A stretch of 38,441 nucleotides of DNA from a virus. Shown one piece after another: positions 24,583-32,532 of this stretch. Each line of letters opens with the position of its first letter. Position 1 is the first letter of the stretch. The notes under the pieces are model-generated. The model worked only from the letters and a program-made list of their open reading frames with translations, ran no database searches and had not been told where the DNA came from. Location of the stretch: the IMG/VR virus record IMGVR_UViG_3300045243_000029, positions 1-38,441 of that record; one strand, given 5' to 3'. A program made the translations under genes and the position numbers.

Positions 24583-26424
24583 TTATTGGGTCGGGATATT
24601 AGCGGGAAGGGTCGGGCCTTCCGGAGCGGCGCCGCCAGGAGGAGGAACAGCGCCAGGGCCGGCCATACCAGGCGCCATAACAGGCGGCGGCTCGGCATCG
24701 GCCAGCATTTCGTCGACGCTGGCCAGGTATTGATAGAGCAGTGACAGGCGGTCCGGGTCTAGTTCGTGGCGGGTCTCATACTGGATGCGGGTCTGGCACT
24801 TGGTGAACGCTAGGCGCAAGTCACCAACGCCGGTCGGGGGCAAGTACTTGCCCGTTTCGATGATCTGGTCTAGCTGCCACGTAACCAGGTCGGAACTGGC
24901 CGTCATCTGGTCTACTTCGCCATCAATATCCGGCATGCCCTCTAGGCGGGTCTTAGTCTCGGCACTGATACGGTTCTGCGCAAAGGCCCGGTCAATCCAG
25001 TCCTGCCGGCCTGCAACGGACTGGGGAATGGACGACATCGGGAAAGCCCGAATCTTTACGTCCTTGCTAAAGCCGGGGTAGTCAATAGCCTGCTTAGCCT
25101 TGCCGACCAGGACCAGTTTAGGCTTGATCTTGCGGGCTGCTGCAATCTCGAGATAGCCACAGTCCTCGATAAAATCTTCTAGGTGCTGTAACAGCGGGAC
25201 ATGGCGCCGGTCATCAATCTGGTCCTGTGCTAGACGGGCCCGGCCTGATGCATCGGCGCCGACACCGGTACCGGCAACCTGCTGTTCCGACACACCCCAT
25301 TGGTCCAGGATGCCCCGCTCTAGTTCAGCGTGGTAACGGAACTGGTCTTCAGTGATAACGGTCGGGGCAATGAAAGCCGGGGCCATGTCCTTGTTATAGT
25401 GAAAGAACATGCTCGAGCCGGCGGCAATCTCTCCCTCGTTAACGCCGCTGTTCTTGATAATGCCGACCCGTGGCCAGCCCGACCTAACCATGTTCTCTTC
25501 AATGGCCCGGCTAAGCCTGTTGTGGGCCCGCTGCATTGGCAGACTGTCCTCGACTAGTCCCTTACCCCAGTAGCCCAGGGGCTGACAGACCAGCTCGGCC
25601 CAGGGGAAGCGCTCGATCTCTTCCCGTTCGCACTTGAGCAGGCAGTCACCAACGGTCAGAGCATGAACTCCACAGTCCTTGTCGCCCTTGTGATAGCCGT
25701 CGCGAAGCACAATGACGTCGCTGGTATCGACAGCGCCGGAATAAGCAAAGCCTAGTTCGGCCGGGGGCGCGAGCAGTATTTCCTTGGCCTTGTCCGGGAA
25801 CATGTCGGCCACGACGTAGCGGTTACAGAACAGGCGAATAACAGCCGTCTGGACGTCATTAACGCTGGCTTCGGTCGGGTCAATGATTAGCTCGTCAGGC
25901 TTAATGACGGTGCGGCAAATCTCTTTACCGTCCAGACCGGTATCAATCTTGAGAAAGCCCTTGCCGGCACAGACACTGTCAAAGCCGCATTCCTCTACTT
26001 TGTCCCAGAAACCGTTCGCATGCAGCGCGTCCAGGTAACGGGTTTGGGTCTTAGCTTCATCCCGGCTGTCCTGGTTACCGGCATCGGGACAGACCTGGAG
26101 CGCTACCCGGTTCTTATAGACCCGCGCGTTAAGGGCCGAATAGGCCATGGCCAGAATGTTCTTGACTGGCGCCGTCCACTTAGCCCGGCCGTACCGGTTA
26201 GCCTCGACTGGCCGGGTAACGCAACTGTAGTTGTAAGAGAAGTACCCGGGCCGGCCTGTTAGGTAACGGTAGTAGCTGAGCAGGTCAAAGCGGCGGCCCC
26301 ACTGGTTAGCTTCAATCTTGTTACACCATGCCGTCATCTCGGCGCCGATATTGGCGTCTAACGCGAGCCACCACCGTACCGTAGGGGCTACAGTCTTGTT
26401 CCCGATCCGATACGGCAGGGCCAT
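24583..26424 (-). CDS. Portal protein candidate (613 aa)
   Basis: About 600-aa ORF lying between the large terminase and scaffold genes, separated from the terminase gene by the 91-aa ORF 26427-26702. Confidence 0.75.
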   Translation of the reverse strand: MALPYRIGNKTVAPTVRWWLALDANIGAEMTAWCNKIEANQWGRRFDLLSYYRYLTGRPGYFSYNYSCVTRPVEANRYGRAKWTAPVKNILAMAYSALNARVYKNRVALQVCPDAGNQDSRDEAKTQTRYLDALHANGFWDKVEECGFDSVCAGKGFLKIDTGLDGKEICRTVIKPDELIIDPTEASVNDVQTAVIRLFCNRYVVADMFPDKAKEILLAPPAELGFAYSGAVDTSDVIVLRDGYHKGDKDCGVHALTVGDCLLKCEREEIERFPWAELVCQPLGYWGKGLVEDSLPMQRAHNRLSRAIEENMVRSGWPRVGIIKNSGVNEGEIAAGSSMFFHYNKDMAPAFIAPTVITEDQFRYHAELERGILDQWGVSEQQVAGTGVGADASGRARLAQDQIDDRRHVPLLQHLEDFIEDCGYLEIAAARKIKPKLVLVGKAKQAIDYPGFSKDVKIRAFPMSSIPQSVAGRQDWIDRAFAQNRISAETKTRLEGMPDIDGEVDQMTASSDLVTWQLDQIIETGKYLPPTGVGDLRLAFTKCQTRIQYETRHELDPDRLSLLYQYLASVDEMLADAEPPPVMAPGMAGPGAVPPPGGAAPEGPTLPANIPTQ

Positions 26425-26426
26425 AG

Positions 26427-26702
26427 CTAGTTAACCTGTCCCTCACCGAGTAGGCCAGGCAGGACACTGTCCCCGACCATGTCCCAAGCTTCCGTCTCTT
26501 CTTCGGCGCTGGGCCGGCGCGGTTCCTGTGACAGGTCAGCCCGGGGCGATGCTAGTCCGGGAAAGGCCGACTTAGCCGGCCCGTCTAGTTCCAGCGTCAG
26601 GCCATGCCAGGAAACTGACCGGATCGTGACGGGACTTGCGGCGATTACGCGCAGAAACTTAGCGAACGCGCGCGGATCTGGTAGCTTTGTCGGTCCCGCC
26701 AC
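26427..26702 (-). CDS. Hypothetical protein (91 aa), GTG start
   Basis: ORF between terminase and portal. The late motif fills the spacer upstream of it. Confidence 0.55.
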   Translation of the reverse strand: MAGPTKLPDPRAFAKFLRVIAASPVTIRSVSWHGLTLELDGPAKSAFPGLASPRADLSQEPRRPSAEEETEAWDMVGDSVLPGLLGEGQVN

Positions 26703-26705
26703 ATA

Positions 26706-26722
26706 GAAGTGGGTTTAGTTCG
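26706..26722 (-). promoter_or_regulatory. Late-arm motif copy 5
   Basis: GAAGTGGGTTTAGTTCG on the plus strand. It occupies nearly all of the 24-nt spacer between the terminase stop and GTG 26702. Confidence 0.6.
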
Positions 26723-26726
26723 GGAC

Positions 26727-28205
26727 CTAACCGAACGGATTGAACCCGTCGCCGCTACTGACATCGCCCCAGTCCGTACAGTCCTGCCCCAAGACAGCCC
26801 CTGAGCTTTGTTCGCGCTGTATCTGCTCGAGCAGGAGCTGGTCTAGTTGCTGCTCGGTTAGGTCCACAGCCTTATCGGTAGGTGCCTTGCTGGGCAGGAC
26901 CGTACCCTTGTCGGGCAGGAACGGCCGAGCGGAGATTAGGCCGTAGCGGATGCCAGGGACGATATCGGACTTGCGCGGGCCGTCCTCGTTAACCTTGCCG
27001 CCTACTTTCCCGTCCTGCCAGACCGGTAGCCGTACCTCTTTCGCGAATCGCGAACTGCGAAGGCACTTGAACTGTCCGGTGCGAAGGAAGTTATTAGTCT
27101 CGGCAATCTGCTGGTTAATGGCCGGCTTTATCGCTGCCTCGATAGGAATATCGCGGTACCGGTTCTGTAGGGTCAAGATACTTTTCAGGTTCGCCCCGGC
27201 GTCCAGGACAATCTTGATAGGCTTGTACTCGGCCCAGAGCTGTACCAGGATCTGCGCTAGGTCGTCCACGTCCTGGCCGCGCTTGATGAATTCCTTGACC
27301 AGGTAGACGGTCGGGTCCGTGGCAGACCAGCCAAGCACCCCAAGCGCGTCGGCATCCTTAACCCCGGTGTCCCCACATACAAGGAATGAGGTAAGGCTAC
27401 TGGGCAGGACCGTATACAGGTTCTTCTCTTCGCTGAACTGGTAGACCCGTTCGGACAGGTCGATGGCAAACTCTGCCAGGTACTCACGGAGGAAGTACGC
27501 GGACTGCCTGGTAAAACCTTGACTGGCTAGGTCCTCGTCAATGAGCTGCTCAGCATCTGCGAAGGAAGGAACCCGGTCATTGTCCCGGTAGTCGAAGTAA
27601 TGTTGCTTGAACTTGTCTGACTGGGTTATGTCGTACCAGGTTCCATGCGGACCGTCCAGGCTCGGGGTTCCGCCGACCCAGAGCAGACCAGCGCGGGGTC
27701 GTAGCCCGGGCCGTACCGCCTGGATAATGGCTTTCAGCGTGTCTGACTTATATACCCCGGCTTCGTCAATGCCACAACTGATTAGGTTCGGGGTCCCGCG
27801 CAGGCGCCCGATGGTTTTGGGATTGTCCGCTCCAAGGTAGTAGACGTTACTGCCATTGGCAAACTTGATACTGTGGTTGTTATAGTACGGCCTACAGTCC
27901 AGTTCGTAATCGGTAACTAGCTTGGCCGCCGGGTCAAAGGCCATTTTCTGGCAGGACTCTGACGTGGCCGTGACGTAGATAAGGTTCGTCCCTGGGTTAG
28001 CCATAGCCAGCAATGGGAAGGCAATGGCGCCGACCCCGTGGCTTTTACCGGACTGGCGACCGGCCCGGGTACAGATGTTACGGTATTGTCTCGAGACGAT
28101 ATCGTCGACTAGCAGGCGCTGCTTTGGGTGGCACAGGTTAGCGCTGGTAAAGAGCGCTTGCCGATCCAGCCTGGCCAGGGCCTTACGTGCGGCAGCGGGG
28201 GTCAT
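26727..28205 (-). CDS. terL: Terminase large subunit
   Basis: Walker A-like AGRQSGKSHG and Walker B-like SCGIDEAGVY. ATG 28205 forms an ATGA overlap with the upstream stop; the listed ORF begins 2 codons earlier at a TTG. Confidence 0.85.
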   Translation of the reverse strand: MTPAAARKALARLDRQALFTSANLCHPKQRLLVDDIVSRQYRNICTRAGRQSGKSHGVGAIAFPLLAMANPGTNLIYVTATSESCQKMAFDPAAKLVTDYELDCRPYYNNHSIKFANGSNVYYLGADNPKTIGRLRGTPNLISCGIDEAGVYKSDTLKAIIQAVRPGLRPRAGLLWVGGTPSLDGPHGTWYDITQSDKFKQHYFDYRDNDRVPSFADAEQLIDEDLASQGFTRQSAYFLREYLAEFAIDLSERVYQFSEEKNLYTVLPSSLTSFLVCGDTGVKDADALGVLGWSATDPTVYLVKEFIKRGQDVDDLAQILVQLWAEYKPIKIVLDAGANLKSILTLQNRYRDIPIEAAIKPAINQQIAETNNFLRTGQFKCLRSSRFAKEVRLPVWQDGKVGGKVNEDGPRKSDIVPGIRYGLISARPFLPDKGTVLPSKAPTDKAVDLTEQQLDQLLLEQIQREQSSGAVLGQDCTDWGDVSSGDGFNPFG

Positions 28206-28525
28206 TCCCAAATCGGCTCAGCGTTAGGCAGGTCCCAACAGGAATAGTCATGCTTGGTACAGAGCTTTTCCGGTCGGATCTTGTATCTCAATAGCGAACG
28301 GTCTATCTGGACTACTCTCCATCGGTTATTTTCAGTACCGAGAAGTACGACGCTGCCACAGATTGGCATAGGCGTGAATGTGTCATTAATGCTAAAGTTC
28401 TTATCGGATGCCGTCCTGTCCCGCTCCGGTTCGGCGCCGACTAAGTGTGTTAGGTGCGTCTCAATAATGTTTTTGAACCCGCAGGAAATGCAGTCGATGT
28501 CTAGCGTAAGCTTCTCTCTTCGCAT
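28202..28525 (-). CDS. Cys-rich hypothetical protein (107 aa), AT-richer insert between terminase-region genes
   Basis: CISCGF...PICG...C...C pattern. TGATG and ATGA junctions at its two ends. Confidence 0.6.
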   Translation of the reverse strand: MRREKLTLDIDCISCGFKNIIETHLTHLVGAEPERDRTASDKNFSINDTFTPMPICGSVVLLGTENNRWRVVQIDRSLLRYKIRPEKLCTKHDYSCWDLPNAEPIWE

Positions 28526-28902
28526 CACTTCCCCTTGTTAGCAATGGCTTCTAGTTCTGCCCTGGTCGGCGCGGCCTTGGGCGGTACATCTTCAGCGGCT
28601 GCCCAGGACTTGGCAATGGAGCTGAGCCGGGCTAGCATGCCCAGGACCTGGTCGTCAATGACCCCTGCGTCAATTAGCGCGGCAGTCCGGGCCAGGACCC
28701 GGCCATTTAGGCGCCTTATAGATTCTGACTGCTCGGTCCAGGTCTGTTTCTGGTATTCGGCTTTAGTGGCCTGTTCCAGGTCCTGTGCAAGCGTGGTCGG
28801 TTCGTTAGGTTTCATGACTGCTATTTCTTCCCTGCTCAGGCGCTTTACGGGGCCGTTCCTAGCCATTGCGGCGCAGCTCCTGTAGCCGCCTGTCGTAGTC
28901 AC
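28525..28902 (-). CDS. Hypothetical protein; small-terminase candidate by position only
   Basis: Helical charged protein just upstream of terL. The likely start is ATG 28866 (MARNGPVKRLSREE). Confidence 0.5.
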   Translation of the reverse strand: MTTTGGYRSCAAMARNGPVKRLSREEIAVMKPNEPTTLAQDLEQATKAEYQKQTWTEQSESIRRLNGRVLARTAALIDAGVIDDQVLGMLARLSSIAKSWAAAEDVPPKAAPTRAELEAIANKGK

Positions 28903-29563
28903 GCAGATACTGTTGCCGGTCCTGTTTAGGCGGGATAGCCCGGTGGCCGGTGTGTCCCGACCTGTACTTGGCTACTTTCTTGGCGGCGCCGTGGCGGGAA
29001 TGGGGGCCGAGCCGTTTAGAGCAGACAGGGTCCTGGCAAAGCAGCGGGTCCGCTTCTGCCTGGACCTGTTCACTAGTCTTCCTTGAGTAGGGATTGACAA
29101 GGCCGGACCAGGCAAGGAACTTCTGGATAAGGTCATGGGCCGTGACGGGCCGGAATCCGTTCCTCTTAGCCGCTGCCTTGGCATTTCCTGTTTCGGCCCA
29201 ATCCTGGATTAGCCGGCAGTGGCCGCAGAAGTCTGGGAGAAGTCTAGCGGCATCACAGAGTCGGTCAACGGCACAGGCGGTGTCCGTATCTGCCACGGTC
29301 CCGTCCCCGCCAAATGTCCGTCTTGCGGCAGCATTGTCCAGGTCAAGTCCCAGGACGTGTCCACCCTCTGAATCTGTACGGTCCGGACTGTAACTGAGAA
29401 TAGTGGCGCTGTCCCCGTTCGACGGGCGCGCGAAGGTCCAGCCAGTAGCGTCAATGTTAGCATCTATCGCGCCTAGTCCTTCCCGCTGTAGTTGCTTCTC
29501 GAGGCGGCGCCATGTCTTGTACTCGGCTTTACTGAGCGGCCGGGTTAGGCGGGTCCGTTGCAT
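28859..29563 (-). CDS. Hypothetical Cys/His-containing protein (about 234 aa)
   Basis: AAGGA lies about 8 nt upstream of ATG 29563 (MQRTRLTRPLSKAEYK). The listed ORF extends to 29623. Confidence 0.6.
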   Translation of the reverse strand: MQRTRLTRPLSKAEYKTWRRLEKQLQREGLGAIDANIDATGWTFARPSNGDSATILSYSPDRTDSEGGHVLGLDLDNAAARRTFGGDGTVADTDTACAVDRLCDAARLLPDFCGHCRLIQDWAETGNAKAAAKRNGFRPVTAHDLIQKFLAWSGLVNPYSRKTSEQVQAEADPLLCQDPVCSKRLGPHSRHGAAKKVAKYRSGHTGHRAIPPKQDRQQYLRDYDRRLQELRRNG

Positions 29564-29978
29564 CGGCGGATCCTTTCTCGGGCGGCAGCGGCGGCATAGC
29601 AGCCACGGCAATAGCCTTGTCAATGTCGGCCTGGGTTAGTCCGCCGCCGTCTGGCACCGGCACAGGCTGTGCCTGCTGCTGCGCCTGAACATGTGCTAGG
29701 ACTAGCTTGTCAATAGATTCCTTGAATTGGAAAGCAGCGAAAGCCTTAGCCTTATTTGGGTCGTCAACGGCAATCTTCTGATCGTGATAGTCCTGCAAGG
29801 ACTGTACCGTAGCCATTTGGACGACGCTTACCCCATTTAGCCAGTCCGCTAGCCGGTTCAGGTCCTTAACTATCAGGTCCAGTACCTTTAGGCGCCGTGC
29901 TAGGCTGACTGCGCGCCGTACGTTACGGTTATGGCCGCCGGCCCGGCCCGACTTGTTCCGTTTCTTGTCCTTGCCCAT
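29529..29978 (-). CDS. Hypothetical protein with a basic N-terminus (149 aa), first gene of the late arm
   Basis: MGKDKKRNKSGRAGGHNRNVRR..., then helical and Pro-rich segments. Confidence 0.6.
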   Translation of the reverse strand: MGKDKKRNKSGRAGGHNRNVRRAVSLARRLKVLDLIVKDLNRLADWLNGVSVVQMATVQSLQDYHDQKIAVDDPNKAKAFAAFQFKESIDKLVLAHVQAQQQAQPVPVPDGGGLTQADIDKAIAVAAMPPLPPEKGSADATDPPNPAAQ

Positions 29979-29996
29979 ACGCTAAGTATAGCACGG

Positions 29997-30014
29997 CACA
30001 GGATTTGCCCTGTG
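29997..30014. promoter_or_regulatory. Palindrome CACAGG-ATTTGC-CCTGTG just upstream of the first late gene; a third CACAGG lies at 30018-30023
   Basis: Read directly. Confidence 0.5.
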
Positions 30015-30234
30015 ATACACAGGTAAGATACTGTACAGTCCCGGGCTGGACTGCAGAGAACACTTACTTCATGGTGGGAGGTCAGGCGGAACGTGAGATT
30101 GACTGCGCTGTTATCAGAACCCCACGACAAGCTCCCCTAGCAAAACGCCGTAACTTGTCATAATAATTGCTGATTCAGGGCATAGCGTTAAACTACATGT
30201 ATGATACGTCTCGAGTCTTATTAGGTACTTGGAT

Positions 30235-30264
30235 ATATGGTCACATATGGTCACATATGGTCAC
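30235..30264. repeat. Three perfect tandem 10-bp repeats, ATATGGTCAC
   Basis: Read directly, in the divergent intergenic region. Confidence 0.95.
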
Positions 30265-30308
30265 TTAGTACTATTCGGCAATGATAATCGCACGATACGA
30301 TAGCTAAT

Positions 30309-30343
30309 GACAATTGGTGACAATTAAGACAATTGGTGACAAT
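30309..30343. repeat. Two copies of GACAATTGGTGACAAT separated by TAA, giving four GACAAT half-sites about 10 bp apart
   Basis: Read directly. GGTGAC at 30335-30340 is inverted relative to GTCACC at 30356-30361. Confidence 0.9.
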
Positions 30344-30428
30344 CTGGGGTCTAGAGTCACCATGTAGCCGCACCGCGCCGTTAGCCGTGTATCCCATAGC
30401 CGTCCTGTTCTGTGTTATCTTAGTCCCC

Positions 30429-30698
30429 ATGCAGACCAGTGAAAGAGCCGCCGCCTGGCTTCGGTCAGTCGCGGACCTTGTTATTGAAAAGGGCAAGGCG
30501 TACGGGGACAGCCTAGGTAAGCCCGTGAACGTGTTCAGCAACTTGTCTGTAGCCGATGGTATCCGGGTCCGCCTGGACGATAAAATCGCCCGAGTAGCCC
30601 GGGGCGGAGTCTACCCCGGCGACGACAATCTTAAGGACCTGGCCGGGTATCTTGCGCTACTAGCTACAGTCGAGCAGGAACCTGCCGGGGTTAAATAG
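30429..30698 (+). CDS. DUF1599-like small helical protein (89 aa)
   Basis: KGKAYGDS...GIRVRLDDKIARV...DDNLKDLAGYLALL matches my recollection of the DUF1599 pattern. The listed ORF's N-terminal extension covers the repeats and is probably not coding. Confidence 0.65.
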   Translation: MQTSERAAAWLRSVADLVIEKGKAYGDSLGKPVNVFSNLSVADGIRVRLDDKIARVARGGVYPGDDNLKDLAGYLALLATVEQEPAGVK

Positions 30699-30699
30699 C

Positions 30700-30849
30700 A
30701 TGCGCACCGAAAAGAAGACCGTACCGGTTCGGCCCCTGTCCATGCGAGAAACGCAGGAACAGTTCTTGCCTGACGGGACGCCGCGACCGACATTAGCAGA
30801 CCTAGAACAGTCACAGGAGGAAGATGAAGAGCATGGACATACCAATTGA
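30700..30849 (+). CDS. Possible unlisted 49-aa acidic ORF
   Basis: Hand-translated (MRTEKKTVPVRPLSMRETQEQF...EEDEEHGHTN). It fills the gap between two genes. No clear SD. Confidence 0.3.
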   Translation: MRTEKKTVPVRPLSMRETQEQFLPDGTPRPTLADLEQSQEEDEEHGHTN

Positions 30850-31609
30850 GCCACGAGAAGTCCCGCGCCTTAGCCCCAGCATCGCCAAGATCTTACTCGA
30901 TAAGTCGCCGAAGCATGCCCATGCAGCTCATAGACTGCTCGGTAACGCACCTAAGCCGGAGCCGTCCCCGTCAACGCTACTGGGCAAGGCCGTTGACGCC
31001 CTGGTATTCGGGACCGTCTCTGTCAAGGTCAAGAACAAGGGCGAGACCTATGACGATACCGATATTGTCCTGACGCCAGCGCCGTATATGACAGCGCTGG
31101 GAGTGGCTGGTTCGGTCCGGGCGGCTATTGATAGCAAGTGGGGTCGCAGTTTAGGCGGAAAGCCACAGCACAGGGTAGAATGGAACAGTATGGGTGTCCA
31201 GTGCAGCGGCGTGATTGATCTGTACTGGGTTAATGGCATTGTGGTTGAGCTTAAGACGGCACACGATCTGTCCGACGCTGGCATCGTCAAAGCGATTGAA
31301 CTATACCGGTACGACCTGCAACTGTGCGGGGCCTATAATGAATCCGTTACGGAGCTTTATGGCGTCAGTAAGCCGGAATTACTGTTCCTGTTCGCCGAGA
31401 CGGCCGCTCCGTACGATACGCGCTGGATTACCCCGGACAGCCGCATGATCGGCAACGGTACCGCCGATTGGCTTCGCGCTGTTACGCTTTGGAAGCAATG
31501 CCTAGACAGCGGGGTCTGGCCGGGAAGGGGGAACGCCACGCTTGGTCCGTCCCGCTGGAAAGAGGACAAGCAACGTGCCGAAGCTTGGCTAAACTCTTCT
31601 CAGCAGTAA
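30824..31609 (+). CDS. PD-(D/E)XK family nuclease (261 aa)
   Basis: GVIDLYWVNGIVVELKTAHD gives the D...E-x-K motif. AGGAGG lies upstream; the alternative ATG is 30833. Confidence 0.75.
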   Translation: MKSMDIPIEPREVPRLSPSIAKILLDKSPKHAHAAHRLLGNAPKPEPSPSTLLGKAVDALVFGTVSVKVKNKGETYDDTDIVLTPAPYMTALGVAGSVRAAIDSKWGRSLGGKPQHRVEWNSMGVQCSGVIDLYWVNGIVVELKTAHDLSDAGIVKAIELYRYDLQLCGAYNESVTELYGVSKPELLFLFAETAAPYDTRWITPDSRMIGNGTADWLRAVTLWKQCLDSGVWPGRGNATLGPSRWKEDKQRAEAWLNSSQQ

Positions 31610-31611
31610 CT

Positions 31612-32037
31612 ATGCCGGACGTTAGCAATAGATTTCTGTCCAAGGTATTTCAGGCTGATTCTGGCTGTCTGGAATGGACCGGTGCCGTAACCAGTGCTGG
31701 CTACGGAAACTTCTGGGACGGGAACAGATACCGGTCGGCGCACCTCTATTCATATGAGATTAATCGCGGAGAGGTTCCCACCGGTCAGGTTCTTGACCAT
31801 CTTTGCAGAAACAGACTGTGTATCAATTCTGACCATCTAGACGTGGTATCTTGCAGGGAGAACACGCTTCGAGGAAAATCCTTTTCGGCAAAGCACAGCA
31901 AACAAGCTAAATGCCTTAACGGTCACTTGTTTGACGAGGAGAATACAAGAACTTATAGGAATAGACGTTATTGTAATCAGTGCGCTAGAGACAGATACCG
32001 AAACAGAATCCGAACCGAACCCAAACAAGGAGAATGA
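31612..32037 (+). CDS. HNH homing endonuclease (141 aa)
   Basis: CLEWTG...GYG...DHLCRNRLCINSDHLDVVS is the classic phage HNH_3-type core. AT-richer than the flanks. Confidence 0.85.
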   Translation: MPDVSNRFLSKVFQADSGCLEWTGAVTSAGYGNFWDGNRYRSAHLYSYEINRGEVPTGQVLDHLCRNRLCINSDHLDVVSCRENTLRGKSFSAKHSKQAKCLNGHLFDEENTRTYRNRRYCNQCARDRYRNRIRTEPKQGE

Positions 32038-32381
32038 AATTGTCAGACACTTGGGCAGATCTGAAACCGTCCCGATTCCTTAAGCAGGAGGATGTTGCTA
32101 CTCCGGTCACGTACACTATCAAATCCCTCACGCGCGAATCCGTCACGTTCCAGGACAAGGCCGATATCGGGACGATCGTGCGTTTCGAGGAAACCGAACG
32201 GGAAGTGTTTGCCAAGACGGCATTGGTCAGTCAGCTTGCCGAACTGTTCCCGGCCGGTCCTGGTACCGCCGTCGGACAGAAGGTGGAGCTGTTCCAGGAC
32301 AAGTCTGTCATGATGGGAGCAAAGAAGGTCGGCGGGTTGCGGTTCCGGACCCCGAGCCAGGGAAGTGCCGCGCCGTTCTAA
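32034..32381 (+). CDS. Hypothetical protein (115 aa)
   Basis: ATGA overlap with the HNH stop. Confidence 0.65.
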   Translation: MKLSDTWADLKPSRFLKQEDVATPVTYTIKSLTRESVTFQDKADIGTIVRFEETEREVFAKTALVSQLAELFPAGPGTAVGQKVELFQDKSVMMGAKKVGGLRFRTPSQGSAAPF

Positions 32382-32457
32382 GGCGAGTACCGGTGACGGG
32401 TCAAGACACGTTGCCGTTCTGTCCAGTCAGGATGACAGCCGGGAAAGACCGGCCCTT

Positions 32458-32530
32458 ACCCGAATAGCCCAAAAGGAGAGGCACAGGACTTAGAATCCTG
32501 CAAGTGCTGGTGCAAGTCCAGCTTCGGGTA
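32458..32530 (+). tRNA. tRNA-like gene, anticodon UAG (Leu by the code), class-I architecture
   Basis: Hand-folded. 7-bp acceptor ACCCGAA/TTCGGGT, U8, D-loop with GG, anticodon stem CAGGA/TCCTG with loop CTTAGAA, T stem GCTGG/CCAGC, discriminator A. The T-loop TGCAAGT has G where U55 is expected. Confidence 0.55.
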
Positions 32531-32532
32531 CT

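Noticed and set aside
8932-26722. Reading the 17-nt motif as a T7-type single-subunit RNA polymerase promoter.
   Set aside because: No ORF of suitable size or motif content for a phage RNA polymerase is present. The motif is kept as a regulatory candidate, but this specific mechanism is not supported.
30333-30428. An N-terminal extension of the DUF1599-like ORF (listed start 30333).
   Set aside because: The extension runs through the GACAAT/GTCACC repeat elements and encodes a hydrophobic low-information peptide. ATG 30429 begins the recognisable domain.
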